Positions 1 through 14,860 of a stretch of DNA of 64,000 nt are shown in pieces. Source of the DNA: the human T2T-CHM13v2.0 reference genome, Homo sapiens. The position numbers and the translations under genes were made by a program. Numbering within the stretch: the stretch's first letter is position 1; the number at the start of each line of letters is the position of its first letter. The notes under the pieces are model-generated. The model had not been told where the DNA came from and searched no databases. It saw only the letters and a program-made list of their open reading frames with translations. The stretch is taken from NCBI RefSeq assembly GCF_009914755.1, contig NC_060932.1, one strand, 5' to 3'.

Positions 1-667
1 GAAAATCTAATTTAGTGAAAAGACATTTTGTGAGCTTTAAGCAAAATTCTTAAGTTGTCATGTCTTTGCACTTTCCAAAGTAAGCAAGCATTGTTCTCTG
101 CCAGGTTTCATGGCACCTCGCCCTAAAATGTTGTTTTTGATAGGCAGAGGTGGAGTGTTACAAAGATCTGGCCTATCTGTGCCTGTTACATCTCCAGTAA
201 TCATTCTAATCTATGAATTAGGGGGAAAAAAAAAAGAAACATTTTTAATGGAACTATCCAGTCATACAGTGAATTGGGGGTTTTCTCAATCTTCTTGTTA
301 CATCTCTTTCTTTAAATGGTTTGTTATTTTAGCTCTCTTGTTGATGTTTATATTAAATTATAGTAACATCTGAGCTATAACAGTATCGGAAGGAGGAAAA
401 GTCCAGTTCTGAGTGTATGATATTCTGCTTTTGGAACATTTATTGATAGTATCCTCCAGTAGTTTGCATCATGACCACTCTGGCTGTGGCCATTCTAAAT
501 GGTGAATGTTTAGTGAGCATTTCCTTGACTGAGCTCAGTAGGCATTTAGCTCTCCCACAGGCCTTGACTTTGAGTCCTGTCTCTCTTTCCTGTGGCACCG
601 TACTGCTGAGTGACAGCTCTGCCCAAGAGCTTGTTTTCCTGGGAGACATATCCCCTGTAAGCCCTGA

Positions 668-1171
<504 letters not shown>

Positions 1172-1261
1172 TAGATACGAGAAAAGCTTGGTTGGGTCAC
1201 ATGAGTCTTACCCTTATTAAGACTGAACCTCATTTTAGTCCTCATTAGAATATTCATTGTA

Positions 1262-1563
<302 letters not shown>

Positions 1564-3642
1564 TCAGACTCACAAGCATCTGAAGACTAAGTGTAGTTAT
1601 GGTAACCATCAGGGTCGTTTAGAGGGGAGGGCTCTTTCACTCGGCTGCCACCCACCTGAGCCTGGCAAGGACACGAGGGGGCTCCCGCCACAGGATGTTC
1701 CAGCTGTGCTCCAGGCCAGAGGCAGCTGTTCTGGCTGGAGACTGCAGGACGTAGCATCTTACAGAAATACTGCTGGGGAAGGACACAGCCAGACAGGACC
1801 TGGGAATCTTTGTCTCTCTAAAGGTCCTGTTCTTTCACCATTCTTCTTTATAGCCATACATGTACCTAACATTTAATCTAGTTTTTGTGGTTGGCACTAG
1901 AAGCCTAACCGTCTGTAACATTTACATGGGAAATGTTTTTGCCATGGGAAATGCATTGAGTATTCCAACAAATTCATTTACTGATAAACTTTTGAACCTC
2001 CTTCCTTGTTAAAGTTGGTGACTAATATTTGATGCTTTTTTAGGTTGAGATTATTTTATATATTTAATTATATTTTGCCATGCAAAACATCCAAATAAAT
2101 GTTTAGATTGTGTTCTTGTTCTTTTGGAAGCTATATTTCTTCAAAACAAATTATTAAATAGTTTTGGAATGTGGGATGTTATAATTGCTTATTAGTGACA
2201 TCATCCATCCATGGCCCAGTAAACACAACATTCTCTCTCTTTTTTTTTTCCAAATTATTGTGTTTCATAGCAATTCTCGTAAACTTTAACAAAATATGCT
2301 TCTCATAAACCTTAACAAAATATACTTCCCCAAATTCAAGCTAAAATGATTAATTTTATAATTTCAGTATCTAATACCGAAAATAACCTTTTCCCAATTG
2401 GAAGATAGTTGTATGTTTGGGCTAAGTCACAGAGCCTCTTAGATCTGGCCTACCAGATCTAAATTTCATCTGATCCACAGTTCTGGTGATGAAATATCAC
2501 TCAGCCCTACCCGCTGTTGAATGGCTGTGTTGCAGGGAACTTGTGATCACAGAGCCACCAGGCAGGCACACATGCTGCCAGATGCCTATGCAGGGAGCAC
2601 CGCTCCAGCCACCTGCTTTGGTCCAGAGGCTCGCAGAAAAACAGCATCATAGCTTTTGTTTCTCTGACGGACTAATTTTTTGGATTTGAGTGTCTATGTC
2701 GACTGGTCAGAGGAAGAAGAGTCAGAAAAACAGCCTGAGCTTCGGTTTAAAAACTGTACAGTTTTCACAACAGTGCCAGTCTGATGTATGCTCACCGCAG
2801 AACATGCAGCATGGCCTGTGCTTCCTTCCTCTCCGGGGCACACCTGCTATTCCTCAATGACTCTCTACTAAGGGCCACCCCCCAACCTGCCCCCGACCAC
2901 CGACCTCTGTCCTCCCAAGTGGCCTGTGCGGCACTTTAGTAGGCCAAACAAGCTGAGAAGTCACGTGGCTTTGGTGTCATAATTCTGTGTGTGAACTTCA
3001 TTTTTTGTTGCTGTTTATTATATGCTTTTATTTGTATTTGCCAGGGCAATACTGAGAAAAAGAAAAGAAATTCCCTGAAATATGTTAACCTATCATAGGT
3101 ATAGAAACTATAGCTAACAAATTATTTTGTGGGGAGTGGGGAAAGGAGACCTCTTTCAGTTCAAAAATCTGGTATTTATTTCCCAACTTGTTAAAACAAC
3201 CACAGAGTCCAAAATATATTATTAATTTATAGGTACTATTTTCTGTAGGCCTCTTGAAGGGCCGTTTTACAGTAGTGTACTGGAGAAGCTCTTACTGAAG
3301 AGCATTTTGTCAATACTCAGTGTCTACAGAGGGTGCTGTCTGAGTGTTGAGAATGACAAAGGAAGCAACTGACATGGTCTTTGACCTTGAATTGTGTCCC
3401 TTTCAACCCAAAACAGGACAGGCAGAAGTATTAGAGTAGTTGATGATTCAATTAACTAGATCTTAGCTGACTGATCTCAGAAGGTTTCATGAAAGAAGTG
3501 AGAACAAATGCTTTAAACATCTTGATCTAGCAGAAAGAAAAGTGTCTCTAAATTGGTGAGATGTTATCTGTGGAGACAAATGTAGGATTTAGAGAGAGAG
3601 ATGCAAAAGGGGAAGTAAGAGGGTTTATTCAAGAGAGATTAT

Positions 3643-3780
3643 GACTGGGTGCAGTGGCTCTTGCCTGTAACCTAGCACTTTGGGATGCCAAGACGGGCAG
3701 ATCGCTTGAGCTCAGGAGTTCGAGACCAGCCAGGGCAACATAGTGAGACCTCCACCTCAAAAAAAAAAAAAAAGAAAAAG
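3643..3780 (+). mobile_element. Alu monomer (FLAM-like) with poly(A)
   Basis: Left-arm consensus followed directly by an A tail. Confidence 0.88.
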
Positions 3781-5060
3781 TTAATTCTCTCACTTATTCA
3801 GTAAATATTATTTAGTCCCTGTTTGTACTATGCTCCCAGCTAGTTGCCATGGCATTGAGCTGTGTGCCAGATTTGGGGGATTTATCACAAACCAGAATAT
3901 ACTGAGGTATAAAGTCTGCTAGATAAAGCCTAAATCCTATTATTAGGGATTTTGCATTGGTTCCAGAGAAATGAGGGTCGATATGAGTTTTTGAGTGAAG
4001 AAGAGAAGAGGTCATAAACACAAAAATGGAGTAAGACTGTCTACTCCTGTACCTGCAATAGATGGGAAATTGAGGGAGAGATTGGGATAGGGCCACAAGG
4101 CTGGAAACTTTTCCCACAGCTGAAGGAAGGGGAACAGAGAAGTGGTACATAGGGAGCTCTCAGGAGCTGTGGCACATGCCAGGAGCACAAAACAGCTCAC
4201 TTCCTCCACACTCAGAGCAGCATGGAAGCCAAGGGGAGACTCAGAAGGATAGCTGGTGATGCAGCACCACCTAGCAAGCACCCACACAGAGAGCGGAGGC
4301 TCAGAGCACCCACTTTGGAGGGGGTGCAGAGGGTGGGGTAAGATGTAGGAGCTCTGGAGAGAACAGGAAAGGCATGGGCTAAGGGCTAAAATGGAAGGGA
4401 GAACAAGCTCCCAGGCCCACACAGCCATTTCATCCCCTGGGGAGTGAGGCAAGGCGAGGACCACTGCCCTGGTCAGTTTCCATGAAAAGGTGAGGGGAGG
4501 AAGTGCATTTCAGAGAATGAGCCAATTGAGAAGCTATTGTCTAAACACCAAATTTGATTTTTACGGCAGCAGATTAAGTGGTGATAAGCTTTATATCAGA
4601 AGCCAAGCTCAGTCAACATGCTCAGAAAAATAACCATCTGAGTCAGGATAGAAAGTTCCTTTGTAGCCCCCAGTGGGATTCCCAGCCCACTGCCCTGCTA
4701 GCCTCTGCACTAGTTTCCCAGGCTTTATTTAACCCCCTTTTCTCTCACAGGCCAGTCTCATGCTGCACCCTCATTAAGGGCCCAGCACTGCCTCCCTTGC
4801 CTCCTGCTGCAACCACCACCAGGGTGCCCTCTGGCACCATGGAGGTAACCTTGCAGCTCACTCTGGTGCCTGTGCCTAGGGCTGTGTGGGATGTCTGCTA
4901 GCCTGTGGCCCAACACAGACGCATGTTTTAATGTCAGTGAGCAGTGTCACTGGTATAGGTTTGAGTGTGCCCCTTTTTTGATGAATAATATGAGAACATC
5001 ATGCCATTCATATGAGGAGCCCTCCAGTGCATCATAGATGCATCATACAAGGGCTGCTCT

Positions 5061-5383
5061 CCAGTGCTGGCCCATGGCACGTGCCTGCCTTCCCCATCCC
5101 CTCCAGTGCTGGCCTGTGCCAGGTCCCCACCTTCCCCCGCCCCCTCCAGGGCTGGCCTGTGCCAGGTGCCCACCTGCCCCCATCCGCTCCTGTGCTGGCC
5201 TGTGTCAGGTGCCTACCTCCCCCCACCCCTTCCAGTGCTGGCCTGTGCCAGGTGCCCACTTCCCCCATCCCCTCCAGTGCTGGCCTGTGCCATGTGCCCG
5301 CCTGCCTCCATCCCCTCCAGTGCTGGCCTGTGCCATGTGCCCGCCTGCCTCCATCCCCTCCAGTGCTGGCCTGTGCCATGTGC
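5061..5383. repeat. Minisatellite, 42-43 bp unit, ~7.5 copies (ccagtgctggcctgtgccatgtgcccgcctgcctccatcccct)
   Basis: Unit starts at 5061, 5103, 5146, 5189, 5232, 5274, 5317, 5360. Confidence 0.95.
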
Positions 5384-6545
5384 TGCGCCACTGGGCTCCA
5401 AGTCTAATGGACCTATGATGGCTTCATCATCATTACAACTGTTCCTTGTAGGGTGTCTGCACATAGACAGTCAGTGAAGGTGTGTCAATTGCATGCCCAG
5501 CCGCCATATTTCACAGTTGCCTGCTGGTTGGTAGGCTCCCTCAGGGCAGGTGCTGTTTCTCATTTACCGTTATATTTTCTGTAGATAGCAGAATTTCTGA
5601 CACATGATAAGCAAATAATTTGTATTTGTGGGATGCACATTAGGTGTTTTCTTGGGTTAATCTTAGAACTTTTGTCAGCAAGATTTAAATGTGTGTTTAT
5701 ACTTCATAATTATTGGAGCTCAATTTTAGCAGTAAGGGTGGCGACCCATTACTGTATGCGGTGCAGGTGACAGAGTCTGTGTGCGGTGCAGGTGACAACC
5801 ACGCTAGCCATGTGCCTCTGGACACAGACCCTCGGTGTCCTCACTAATTTAAGGGAAAGTGAACATGGGCATGTGGTGAAAGCACTTTATCACGGATGGC
5901 AAGAGTGTGAGTGTTCATTATGAATTTTTCACAGGAAAAAAAGTTGTATGCATTGCACTTTCCCTTTTCCTTTTAGTCTTCACAAAAGTCAATTACAGAG
6001 GAGGAAGCTCAATGTCCACCCAGTCTTACAGAAGAGGGCCTGAGATAGAGGTGGGGTGACTGGCCCAGGGTCCACCAGCCAGCCCAGCTGTGACTGGGCA
6101 GGATGCTGGGGCCTTCAGTCTCCCGCAGAGCCCATCACGTTCCATCCAGCTGAGTGAGACTGGGGTACACCAAAGTGCTGGAGAGGGAACCCTTAGGAAT
6201 CATTCCACACAAGTTTACTGGGCCGGGTTATGTATTGGAGAATCATTTCAGAGGCTCCTTTAACAGGAAATATGTAGTGGTAAGAGCTCTCCGTGGGTAA
6301 GAAACTTCAATAGTAATTTACTTCCTTTGATTTTCCTTCTTCAAAAAGGCCACCCTTTTAAAAAGCCACACACTTCCCTTGGGGTTTGAGGTCCAGAATC
6401 TCTTTCTTAATTGCTATGCTTAGAAACCCTGCTTCAAAGGACATTTCTAAGAATTCTTTCATGATTTTGAAAAATAAAATTGTTCCTGGTGACTTCACCG
6501 AAGTTTCTGAAAGGAGAATAAAGTACCACTTAAGATAGAGTGCTG

Positions 6546-6809
6546 GGCTGGGCTCAATGGCTCACACCTGTAATCCCAGCACTTTGGGAGGCCGAGAGGC
6601 AGATCACCTGAGGTCAGGAGTTTCTAGCCAGGCAGGCGTGCCACATAGTGGCATGCACCTCTAATCCCAGCTACTCAGGAGGCAGAGGTAGGCGAATCAC
6701 TTGAACCGGGAGGCGGAGGTTGCAGTGAGCCGAGATCACGCCATTGCGCTCCAGCCTGGACGAAAGAGCAAGACTCCATCTCAAAAAACAAAAAGAGAGA
6801 GAGAGAGAA
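6546..6809 (+). mobile_element. AluS with central linker deleted or replaced; (GA)n tail
   Basis: Both arms present, but the segment from ...ggagtt to the right-arm start lacks the A5TACA6 linker. Confidence 0.9.
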
Positions 6810-7924
6810 TGCGAATCTTGAGACCAGGACTGCTCAGAGCAGCAACAGTAGACACCTTCTACCTGAGCAGCATGCTGTTACTTCAAGCCCTTCATCAGTT
6901 TAGGAGTATGTTTTGTGTTTTCCCTATAGTTTTTTTCTTTCTGCCAAATGTTACCTCCCACTAGTATTTTAAGTCAAAATTTAATTTTATTGTCCTTTAA
7001 GACTGGGGTTTTTTGGGCCAATATTTAACTATTGTAAAGTATCTCTTTGTAAGATCTTCTGCTAAAATAATGCATTCTAAGCATCCGGATTGCGATTTTT
7101 TTTTTAACATAGAGCATTTTAGAAGGTACAGTAAGCTCTACAAAACATTTTCTTTGGATTGGTTACATTTTAGGAAGATGAAGTCTGTTTTCCTGATTTT
7201 TGTTTAATCGCTTTATTTCTGAGTGTCTTTATTGTTACTGTAAACTGACAATTATTTTTACTAGTGAGTCTAATCCAAGATTAATAGAGATCGTGACTTA
7301 TTTTAAAGGAAACATATTTTTTAAATCTAAGGTCTTAGTCCCAAGTCACACAAATCATTATTAGAATTTATAACTCTCTAAGGCTTCAACTGTTTCTTCA
7401 CTTCCTTATATATTTGGTTGCTTTACTATGAACACATTAATTGATTCTTATACAAGGAGTCTTTATCTTAATAATCTGCTTAAAATAATTTTGATAATGT
7501 GTATTTTGCATAAGAACAATGAAGAAAATCAGAAGTTGAAAAGTTGAATCTTTAATTTACAAAGACTTATTTTCTCATTAGAATAATAAAGGAGTGTGTA
7601 GAAATACAGCAACCTGAGCAATATTATACTTCCAAGTTTTAGTTTCTTCATTTTAATTAGCAGCTAAACAGTCATGAATCTTCAGTGATTTAATTAAGGA
7701 GGGAAAAAAGGAGGAATTTATGTGCTTAGACCAGAAGAATATGGGATATAGCACCAATAATAAAATTCAAAAGTGATACAATTAAACCAAGGTGGTCGTT
7801 GTCCTAAAACATCACCCCAATGCAAACAGAGAGAACTGGAAGTAAAGGAAGGAAACATCTTTAAGAGAAGACATGAAATGGGCCATAAAAGAGGTTTTTA
7901 TTACGTCCAAAGTGAACTAACTAA

Positions 7925-8320
7925 AAGGAGCATGCTACAACATGGAAGGACCTCAAAAACATGATGCTAAGTCCAAAAAAAAAAAAAAAAAAAAAACCAG
8001 ACACAAAAGGTCTCATGCCTTGTGACTCCCGTATTGTGAAATGTCCAGACCAGGCAAATCTATGGAGACAGCAGATGGGCTGCCAGGGCCTGAGAGGAGA
8101 GGAAGTGGGAGTGACTGCTAATGGGGTTGGGGTCTACTTTGGGATATGGAAATATTCTGCAATTTAATAGAGGTAGTGTGTGCACAACATTCTGAATGTA
8201 CTAAATACCACTGAATTGCATACTTTAACATGACTAATTTCATGAGGTTTTAATTTCCTTTAGTTATTTTCTTAGTATAATTTTATGTTATATTAATTTT
8301 ACCTCAAGTTTAAAAAAGAA
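7925..8320 (+). mobile_element. Old L1 (L1M, L1MB-like) 3' end fragment
   Basis: catgctacaacatgga...atgctaagt...aatgtccaga...aatgtactaaataccactgaattg motifs of L1M 3' UTR. Confidence 0.75.
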
Positions 8321-9250
8321 AACTGAATGTCTAGAAAGTGCTTATGCTGTTATGAAAATAACTACAACTATTTCATAAGTTCAGTTGGAAAATAATAGTT
8401 TCTCAATGGAACTTCTGGGCATAATTCCACATTTATCAAAAAGGTATAACATAAGGAATAGGGGCTCAAAAAGGAGGAAATGCCAGTTATTAACCTTGGC
8501 CAGTAAGGGTATTTTGGGGAAATAAGAACACGGATTTGTTTATTAAAATGGGCACCCCTCTAAACCAGCCATCACTTTTGTCTTTCAGTGGAAGATCTCT
8601 TATCCTTAAGATAAGAAACCTGATTTTATATCTACTGTATGTAATCTACTTTCACTATCAATGAGAGTGAAAATCAAGAGTGATTAAAGCATGCAAAGGG
8701 AAGACAAGGGACTGTGATCAGGCTTGGAACACCCATCTGTTTGATCACAGGAAGGAGGATGAATGAGAACCACAAACCGTCTGAGAGATTCTGTTTGAAC
8801 TGTGTAGGCTAAGCATTAACAATTCCCAGCATTCCTGCCCTGAGTACCTACCCTTCTACTACTGAAGCTAAAACTATTTAAAACTTTTAGACTATATTTA
8901 CCACTACTCAACAAAAATAAGCTCACATTATTGTCAATTAGATAAAAGTTCTGCTTTGACTACAGTCTTCTGTATGTTGCTATGGCTTCACTTATTCTTT
9001 CAGCAAACAGCACCTTAGCATGGGCTTGTGAAGTCATAGCTCCTGCCCTCAAGGCATTTACACTCCAGAGAGCAGCAGGTTAATAACACTTTTGCTGTAG
9101 TGGGTGAACATCCCCCTCATCTTCTTTGTTCAGCAGGGGAGGAGCCCTTTGGCTGGGACTCATAGGTTCTAGTTTCTAGGCAGAGGCCCGTGGGAAAGCG
9201 CTCAGAGTAAAATGACCTTACCCTCTACCCATAAACTTATTTTCCCAGTA

Positions 9251-9461
9251 CAAGTTGAGCATCCCTTTTCTGAAATGCTTAGGACTAGGAGTGTTTCAAA
9301 TTTCTGATTTTTATGAATTTTGAAATATGTGCATTATACTTACTGGTTGAGCATCCCTAATGGGAAAATATGAAATCCAAAATACTCCAAAGAGCATTTC
9401 CTTTGAGTGTCACATCAGTGCACAAAAGGTTTTGAATTTCAGATTAGGGATACTCAACTTT
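9251..9461. mobile_element. Tigger4/Zombi (MER46-like) MITE
   Basis: Terminal inverted repeats caagttgagcatccc ... gggatactcaactt, preceded by TA. Confidence 0.8.
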
Positions 9462-9564
9462 GGTCAGACCATCTTTTGACCAAAAATAGGCTGTTGTTCA
9501 GGGCCAAGTGTTATTTTTGTATCTTCTGTAGCAGTTAGCACAGTGTTCAATAAAAACCCAATTT

Positions 9565-9846
9565 GGCCGGGCATGGTGGCTCACACCTGTAATTCCAGCA
9601 CTTTGGGTGGCTGAGGCGGGTGGATCACGAGGTCAGGAGATCGAGACCATCCTGGGTAACATGATGAAACCCCGTCTATACTAAAAATGCAAAAAATTAG
9701 CTTGGCATAGAGGCACGTGCCTGTACTCCCAGCTACTCGGTAGGCTGAGGCAGGGAGAATTACTTGAACCCAGGAAGCAGAGGTTGCAGTGAGCCAAGAT
9801 CACACCACTGCACTCCAGCCTGGGTGACAGAACAAGACTCTGTCTC

Positions 9847-9871
<25 letters not shown>
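9565..9871 (+). mobile_element. Alu (Sc-like), full length with long poly(A)
   Basis: ggatcacgaggtcaggagatcgagaccatcctg diagnostic. Confidence 0.95.
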
Positions 9872-9878
<7 letters not shown>

Positions 9879-10229
9879 AATAAATGATGAAATCTGAACC
9901 TAACAAACTGTTAAAATTTTTTCTTGGCTATAAAAACAAATTTTTTAGAAGTGTTCTCAAAAGTGACTTTATTCTTCCTCCCTCACTCCACTACCTACTC
10001 CCACATAACCAAGGAACACAGTATAACCGAGTTAGCTCTGAATTATTTGACTGTGAGGGCCAAGCTTACTCAAGGGGACTTGCTGGTTAAAACAACAACA
10101 AAAAAAACTTCTAGGAGCATCCTGATCACTGAGGGGAGAAGCTGTGATTCAGCACTGATTCACAGCTCTGGCTTTAGAATCCATATGTCTTGGTTAATAC
10201 ATTGGTTTTTAAATTTGCTGGTTGATTGG

Positions 10230-10345
10230 TACTAATCCCATCCTTAGTTATCAACAAGGATAAATCTACTTCCAAAAGTTGTTAGGAGGATTTAATGAGA
10301 TCACATTCATAGAAGTACCTTGTGCAATGTAAACCACCATGTAAG
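10230..10345 (+). mobile_element. MIR fragment
   Basis: ctacttccaaaagttgttaggaggatttaatgagat resembles the MIR core. Confidence 0.55.
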
Positions 10346-10659
10346 AAGTTGCTTTTCCCTTCTTCCTCAGACTTTCTCTTTCTACTTAATTGAAAAAGTA
10401 GAAATCCAGCCAGCACTGACCCAAGACTTTGTTGTCTTGTTTTTACAAACAAAATGGGTAGAGGAAAGAAATCAGAAGTAATTTAGAAAAATGATACAGT
10501 TTGAAAGTGTTCCATGTTTTTCCCAAGGAAGAATATAAATCATCCAGTTGGACATTGCTAGGCATTGTCAATTACCCAATAATGGGAAGGAATGGAAATT
10601 AAGCCAGTGGGATTTGTACAGAGAGATCTAGTTAAAACAGGGATAAAAGAAACCAAATG

Positions 10660-10958
10660 GGCCGGGCGCCCATTACACCTGTAATCCCAGCACTTTGAGA
10701 GGCTGAGGCAGGTGGATCACCTGAGGTCAGAGGTTCGAGACCAGCCTGGCCAACATGGTGAAACCCTGTCTCTACTGAAAATATAGCCGGGCGTGGTGGC
10801 AGATGCCTGTAATCCCAGCTATTTGGGAGGCTGAGGCCGGAGAATCGCTTGAACCCTGGAGGCAGAGGTTGCAGTGAGCCAATCATGCCATTGCACTCCA
10901 GCCTGGGCAACAAGAGCAAAACTCCGTCTCAAAAAACAAACAAACAAACAAAAAACAA
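10660..10958 (+). mobile_element. Alu (Sq-like) with (CAAA)n tail
   Basis: Alu consensus; flanks aaaccaaatgg / aaaacaaatgg are TSD-like. Confidence 0.93.
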
Positions 10959-11118
10959 ATGGAAGATCAGCTGATATGACAGCATAAAAACAAATACCAC
11001 TTATCCCTCCAGGTTAGTAATTTAACTAGTTAATTTACCTTGCAGCACAGTAAGTCTAGAATTCAGTAAATGGGCAGGGTTTTGTTTTATTCTTTTTTTA
11101 AATCATTTCTTCTCTTAA

Positions 11119-11579
<461 letters not shown>

Positions 11580-11604
11580 CTGTTTTTCTTTAATAGAAAT
11601 CTGT

Positions 11605-11785
11605 TCAGGCACGATGGCTCATACCTGTAATCCCAGCACTTTGGGAGGCCAAGGCAAGAGGATCACTTGGGTGCAGGAGTTCAAGACCAGCCTCGGCAAC
11701 ATCTCGAGACCTGTCTATACACAAGGAAAGGGAGGGAGGGAAGGAAGGAAGCAAGGAGGAGAGAGAAGGGAAGGGGAAGGGGAAG
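11605..11785 (+). mobile_element. Alu left monomer (FLAM/AluJ) followed by a GA-rich purine tract
   Basis: Left-arm consensus to ~11720, then (GGAA/GGGA)n. Confidence 0.85.
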
Positions 11786-12728
11786 CTTATAAAACAAATT
11801 ATGTGAAGTTGTTTGTTCTGGAAGGTGGATGAGTTGGGCCACCATGGCTCCCCACCCAGCTCCTTAGGAGTCCAGCAGCATAGTCTGAAAGCATCTGTTG
11901 TGGATTAATTGCCCATATAAACATTTCACATGTTCCATAGTTCTTCTTTCTTCCTCTCGGGTTAATAGCTTGCGGCAGTAGTTGCTACCATGGGGACACT
12001 GGGTAGCAGTATGATTCAGAAGCAGAATAGAAATGTTCCTGTATTAATCTCAAATAAAAAATCCAAATATTTACTTTAAATATGCTATTATTAGCTGAAT
12101 TCTCAAAATTGGAAAATCTTACAGATTTGAATTTTGGAAAAAATACTTAAATCTTTATAATTTGCCAAGAAAATCTCTGTTAATACGGGATGCTGAAAGT
12201 GGAAAGAAAAGAAAGCTTGAGTGTCACTAGAGTCACTCTATTTTTTCATTTTACCTTCAAACTAGCTAATAAATTAGATCATGGTATTTATTTTTTAGAT
12301 AAGACCCTGAAGTTCACTGACATTAAGTAATTTGGATCCCTGTATGTGAGCTGGGTCTTAAGACAGGTGCACCAAATTCCAAAGTCTGATTTTCAGTACT
12401 ACAGCTGACATTTAATTACTTCCAGTTTTAGGGGAATTCATTTCTATAAATTTCTCATTTGTTTTATATTTATAACCCCTGGCCCTCAAAATAAAAATCT
12501 GATTATTTCTTGTCAGTGATGTTGATATTAATTTAGATTCTTGGTATTTTCCACTGTTTTTGTTAAACAACAGCAATAAACTATCTATAGTAGGATTGTC
12601 TTGAGTAACTAGGAGTATTAAATCCATAGTAAATAATTACACTGCCTGCTTTTGGTTTAGTTAGGGTTCTTTTTTTTTTTCAAAGTTTACTTAGATACTT
12701 ATTAACAAAAATAATTAGCTTTTAAAAA

Positions 12729-12772
12729 AGGTTAGTGCAAAAGTAATTGCAGTTTTTACCATTACTTTTAAT
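12729..12772. mobile_element. Half MADE1 (Hsmar1-derived MITE)
   Basis: aggttagtgcaaaagtaattgcagtttttaccattactttta matches one MADE1 arm plus spacer. Confidence 0.75.
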
Positions 12773-13474
12773 ATCATTACTTTTAGTAGTTTTCATTACT
12801 GTTAAATAAAAGCAAGATAATTTACTTCTCTTTCTCAAGCCACCAACAACGGAGTGGGTTGTGATGAAGCCATTGAACCTGGACCATACATTTGTAAAAG
12901 GCCTCAGATTAGGACTTTCAGTATGATCCATAAATGTGATAATAATATAGCCACTGTTTTGTTGGTTGTTGCTGTTAACAGAATTAACATAAATTATAAC
13001 AACAATTTAATAATCTCTCTTTTACCTTTTACCCACTGGATATTTACCCCGGTAAGTAATCTTTCACATCTTTCTCCACGAATGTAGACATATCTATAAA
13101 CAAAAAGATATGGTTTGCGTTTTTCACTTAATTTCACCAGGATGTCCCTCTCCTGATAGACATTCAGGTTGTTTCTGGTGTTTACCACTTCAAAGCAGTG
13201 CTGCAACACACTTCCTTGTATATCTCTGTCTGTATCTCCTGTATGTATTGAGCTTATATTTTAACCTTCTTTACTGTGAAATATAACAAGCATATGAAAG
13301 AGGGCATAATTGTAGATTGTAACAAATAATAAGTGAATAAATAAAGCTCACTCATTAAGCCACCACTGTAATTCAATAAACATGGTGGGTATCCAGAAGC
13401 CACCTGCTGCCCCTACCCTGATCCTAAAGATCTTCACACTTCTGAGAGTGTTTCCATGTTTTTCTTTACAGTTA

Positions 13475-13744
<270 letters not shown>

Positions 13745-13781
<37 letters not shown>
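13745..13781. repeat. (TG)n microsatellite, ~18 units
   Basis: Read directly. Confidence 0.97.
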
Positions 13782-13782
<1 letters not shown>

Positions 13783-13854
13783 ATGCGTATAGGTTTACCT
13801 GTTTTTGAACTTTATGGAAACAGCATCATGCTTGTGCATTCTTTGTGTTTTGCT

Positions 13855-14157
13855 TTTTATTTTATTTTATTTATTTATTTTTTGAGACGGAGTCTCTCTC
13901 TGTTGCCCAGGCTGGAGTGCAGTGGTGCAATCTTGGCTCACTGCAAGCCCCGCCTCCTGGATTCACACCATTCTTAGTCTCCCTAGTAGCTGGGACTACA
14001 GGCGCCCGCCACCATGCCCGGCTAAGTTTTTGTATGTTCAGTAGAGACGGGCTTTTACTGTGTTAGTCAGGATGGTCTCGATCTCCTGACCTCGAGATCC
14101 GCCCGCCTCGGCCTCCCAAAGTGCTGGGATTACAGGCGTGAGCCACCACGCCCGGCC
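13855..14157 (-). mobile_element. AluY inserted in old L1; TSD gtgttttgctttt
   Basis: ctgcaagc and ttagtcaggatggtctcgatctcctgacctcg Y diagnostics; TSD at ~13845 and 14158. Confidence 0.93.
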
Positions 14158-14289
14158 GTGTTTTGCTTTTTTTGCTCACTAGAGATGCCGCGGCCCCAGC
14201 TGCACACAAAAGGACCCTGGTGTGGGGGACCCTTACAAAAGAGGACGGAAACAACATAGTTTTAAACCAATAAACCTTGTAAGTTTCTT

Positions 14290-14860
14290 CTGTCTATTGC
14301 AGGTAGCTCCGGTTTATTCGTTTTCATTCCATTTTATGCATTTACCATAGTCTCTTTGTTCATGCAGTTGTTCTAGGCATTTCCGACCACTGCTGGCAGC
14401 GGCAGGAGCCCTTGCTGTGTATCCCCTAGGGCACAGGTGTGCACATCGTGGGGGTGGGGTGTTCCTCACCTTCAATGGATAGTGCTAAACTGTCTTCCAG
14501 GAGCGGAGTTCAGCCTCCATTTCTGTTAGCATAGTAGAGTTCCTGCTGCTCTGCTGTCTTTCCATTATTTGGTACACTTAGGTGTCTTTTTCATTATCTT
14601 TTTTCTGGCCTGCATTTTTTTCAAACTGGTAGATCTGTAGTGGAATTCACTGTGGTTTAAATTCCAGTTCCTGATTACCGCTGAGGCTGAGAGCCTTTTG
14701 CTGTGTATTTCCATTTGTGTTTCCACTTTGATGAAGTGCTGTTCAAGTCTTTTGTTTATTTTTCTTTTGGGGTGTTGAGCTTTATATATTCTGAGTAGTA
14801 GTCCTTCATTGGTTGTGTATAATTTATGTGTTGTAGGTGGCTTGTCTTTTTATCGGCAGA
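14290..14860 (-). mobile_element. Old L1 (L1ME-like) fragment
   Basis: Degenerate antisense L1 motifs (cactgtggtttaaattcc...cctgattacc...gaggctgag...gttcaagtcttttg). Confidence 0.6.

Noticed and set aside
5061-5383. Possible CRISPR-like array
   Set aside because: Head-to-tail tandem units with no unique spacers; eukaryotic context with no cas genes.
4934-5477. Overlapping repetitive Cys/Pro-rich ORFs in most frames
   Set aside because: Produced by the stop-free 43-bp minisatellite; no splice or start support.
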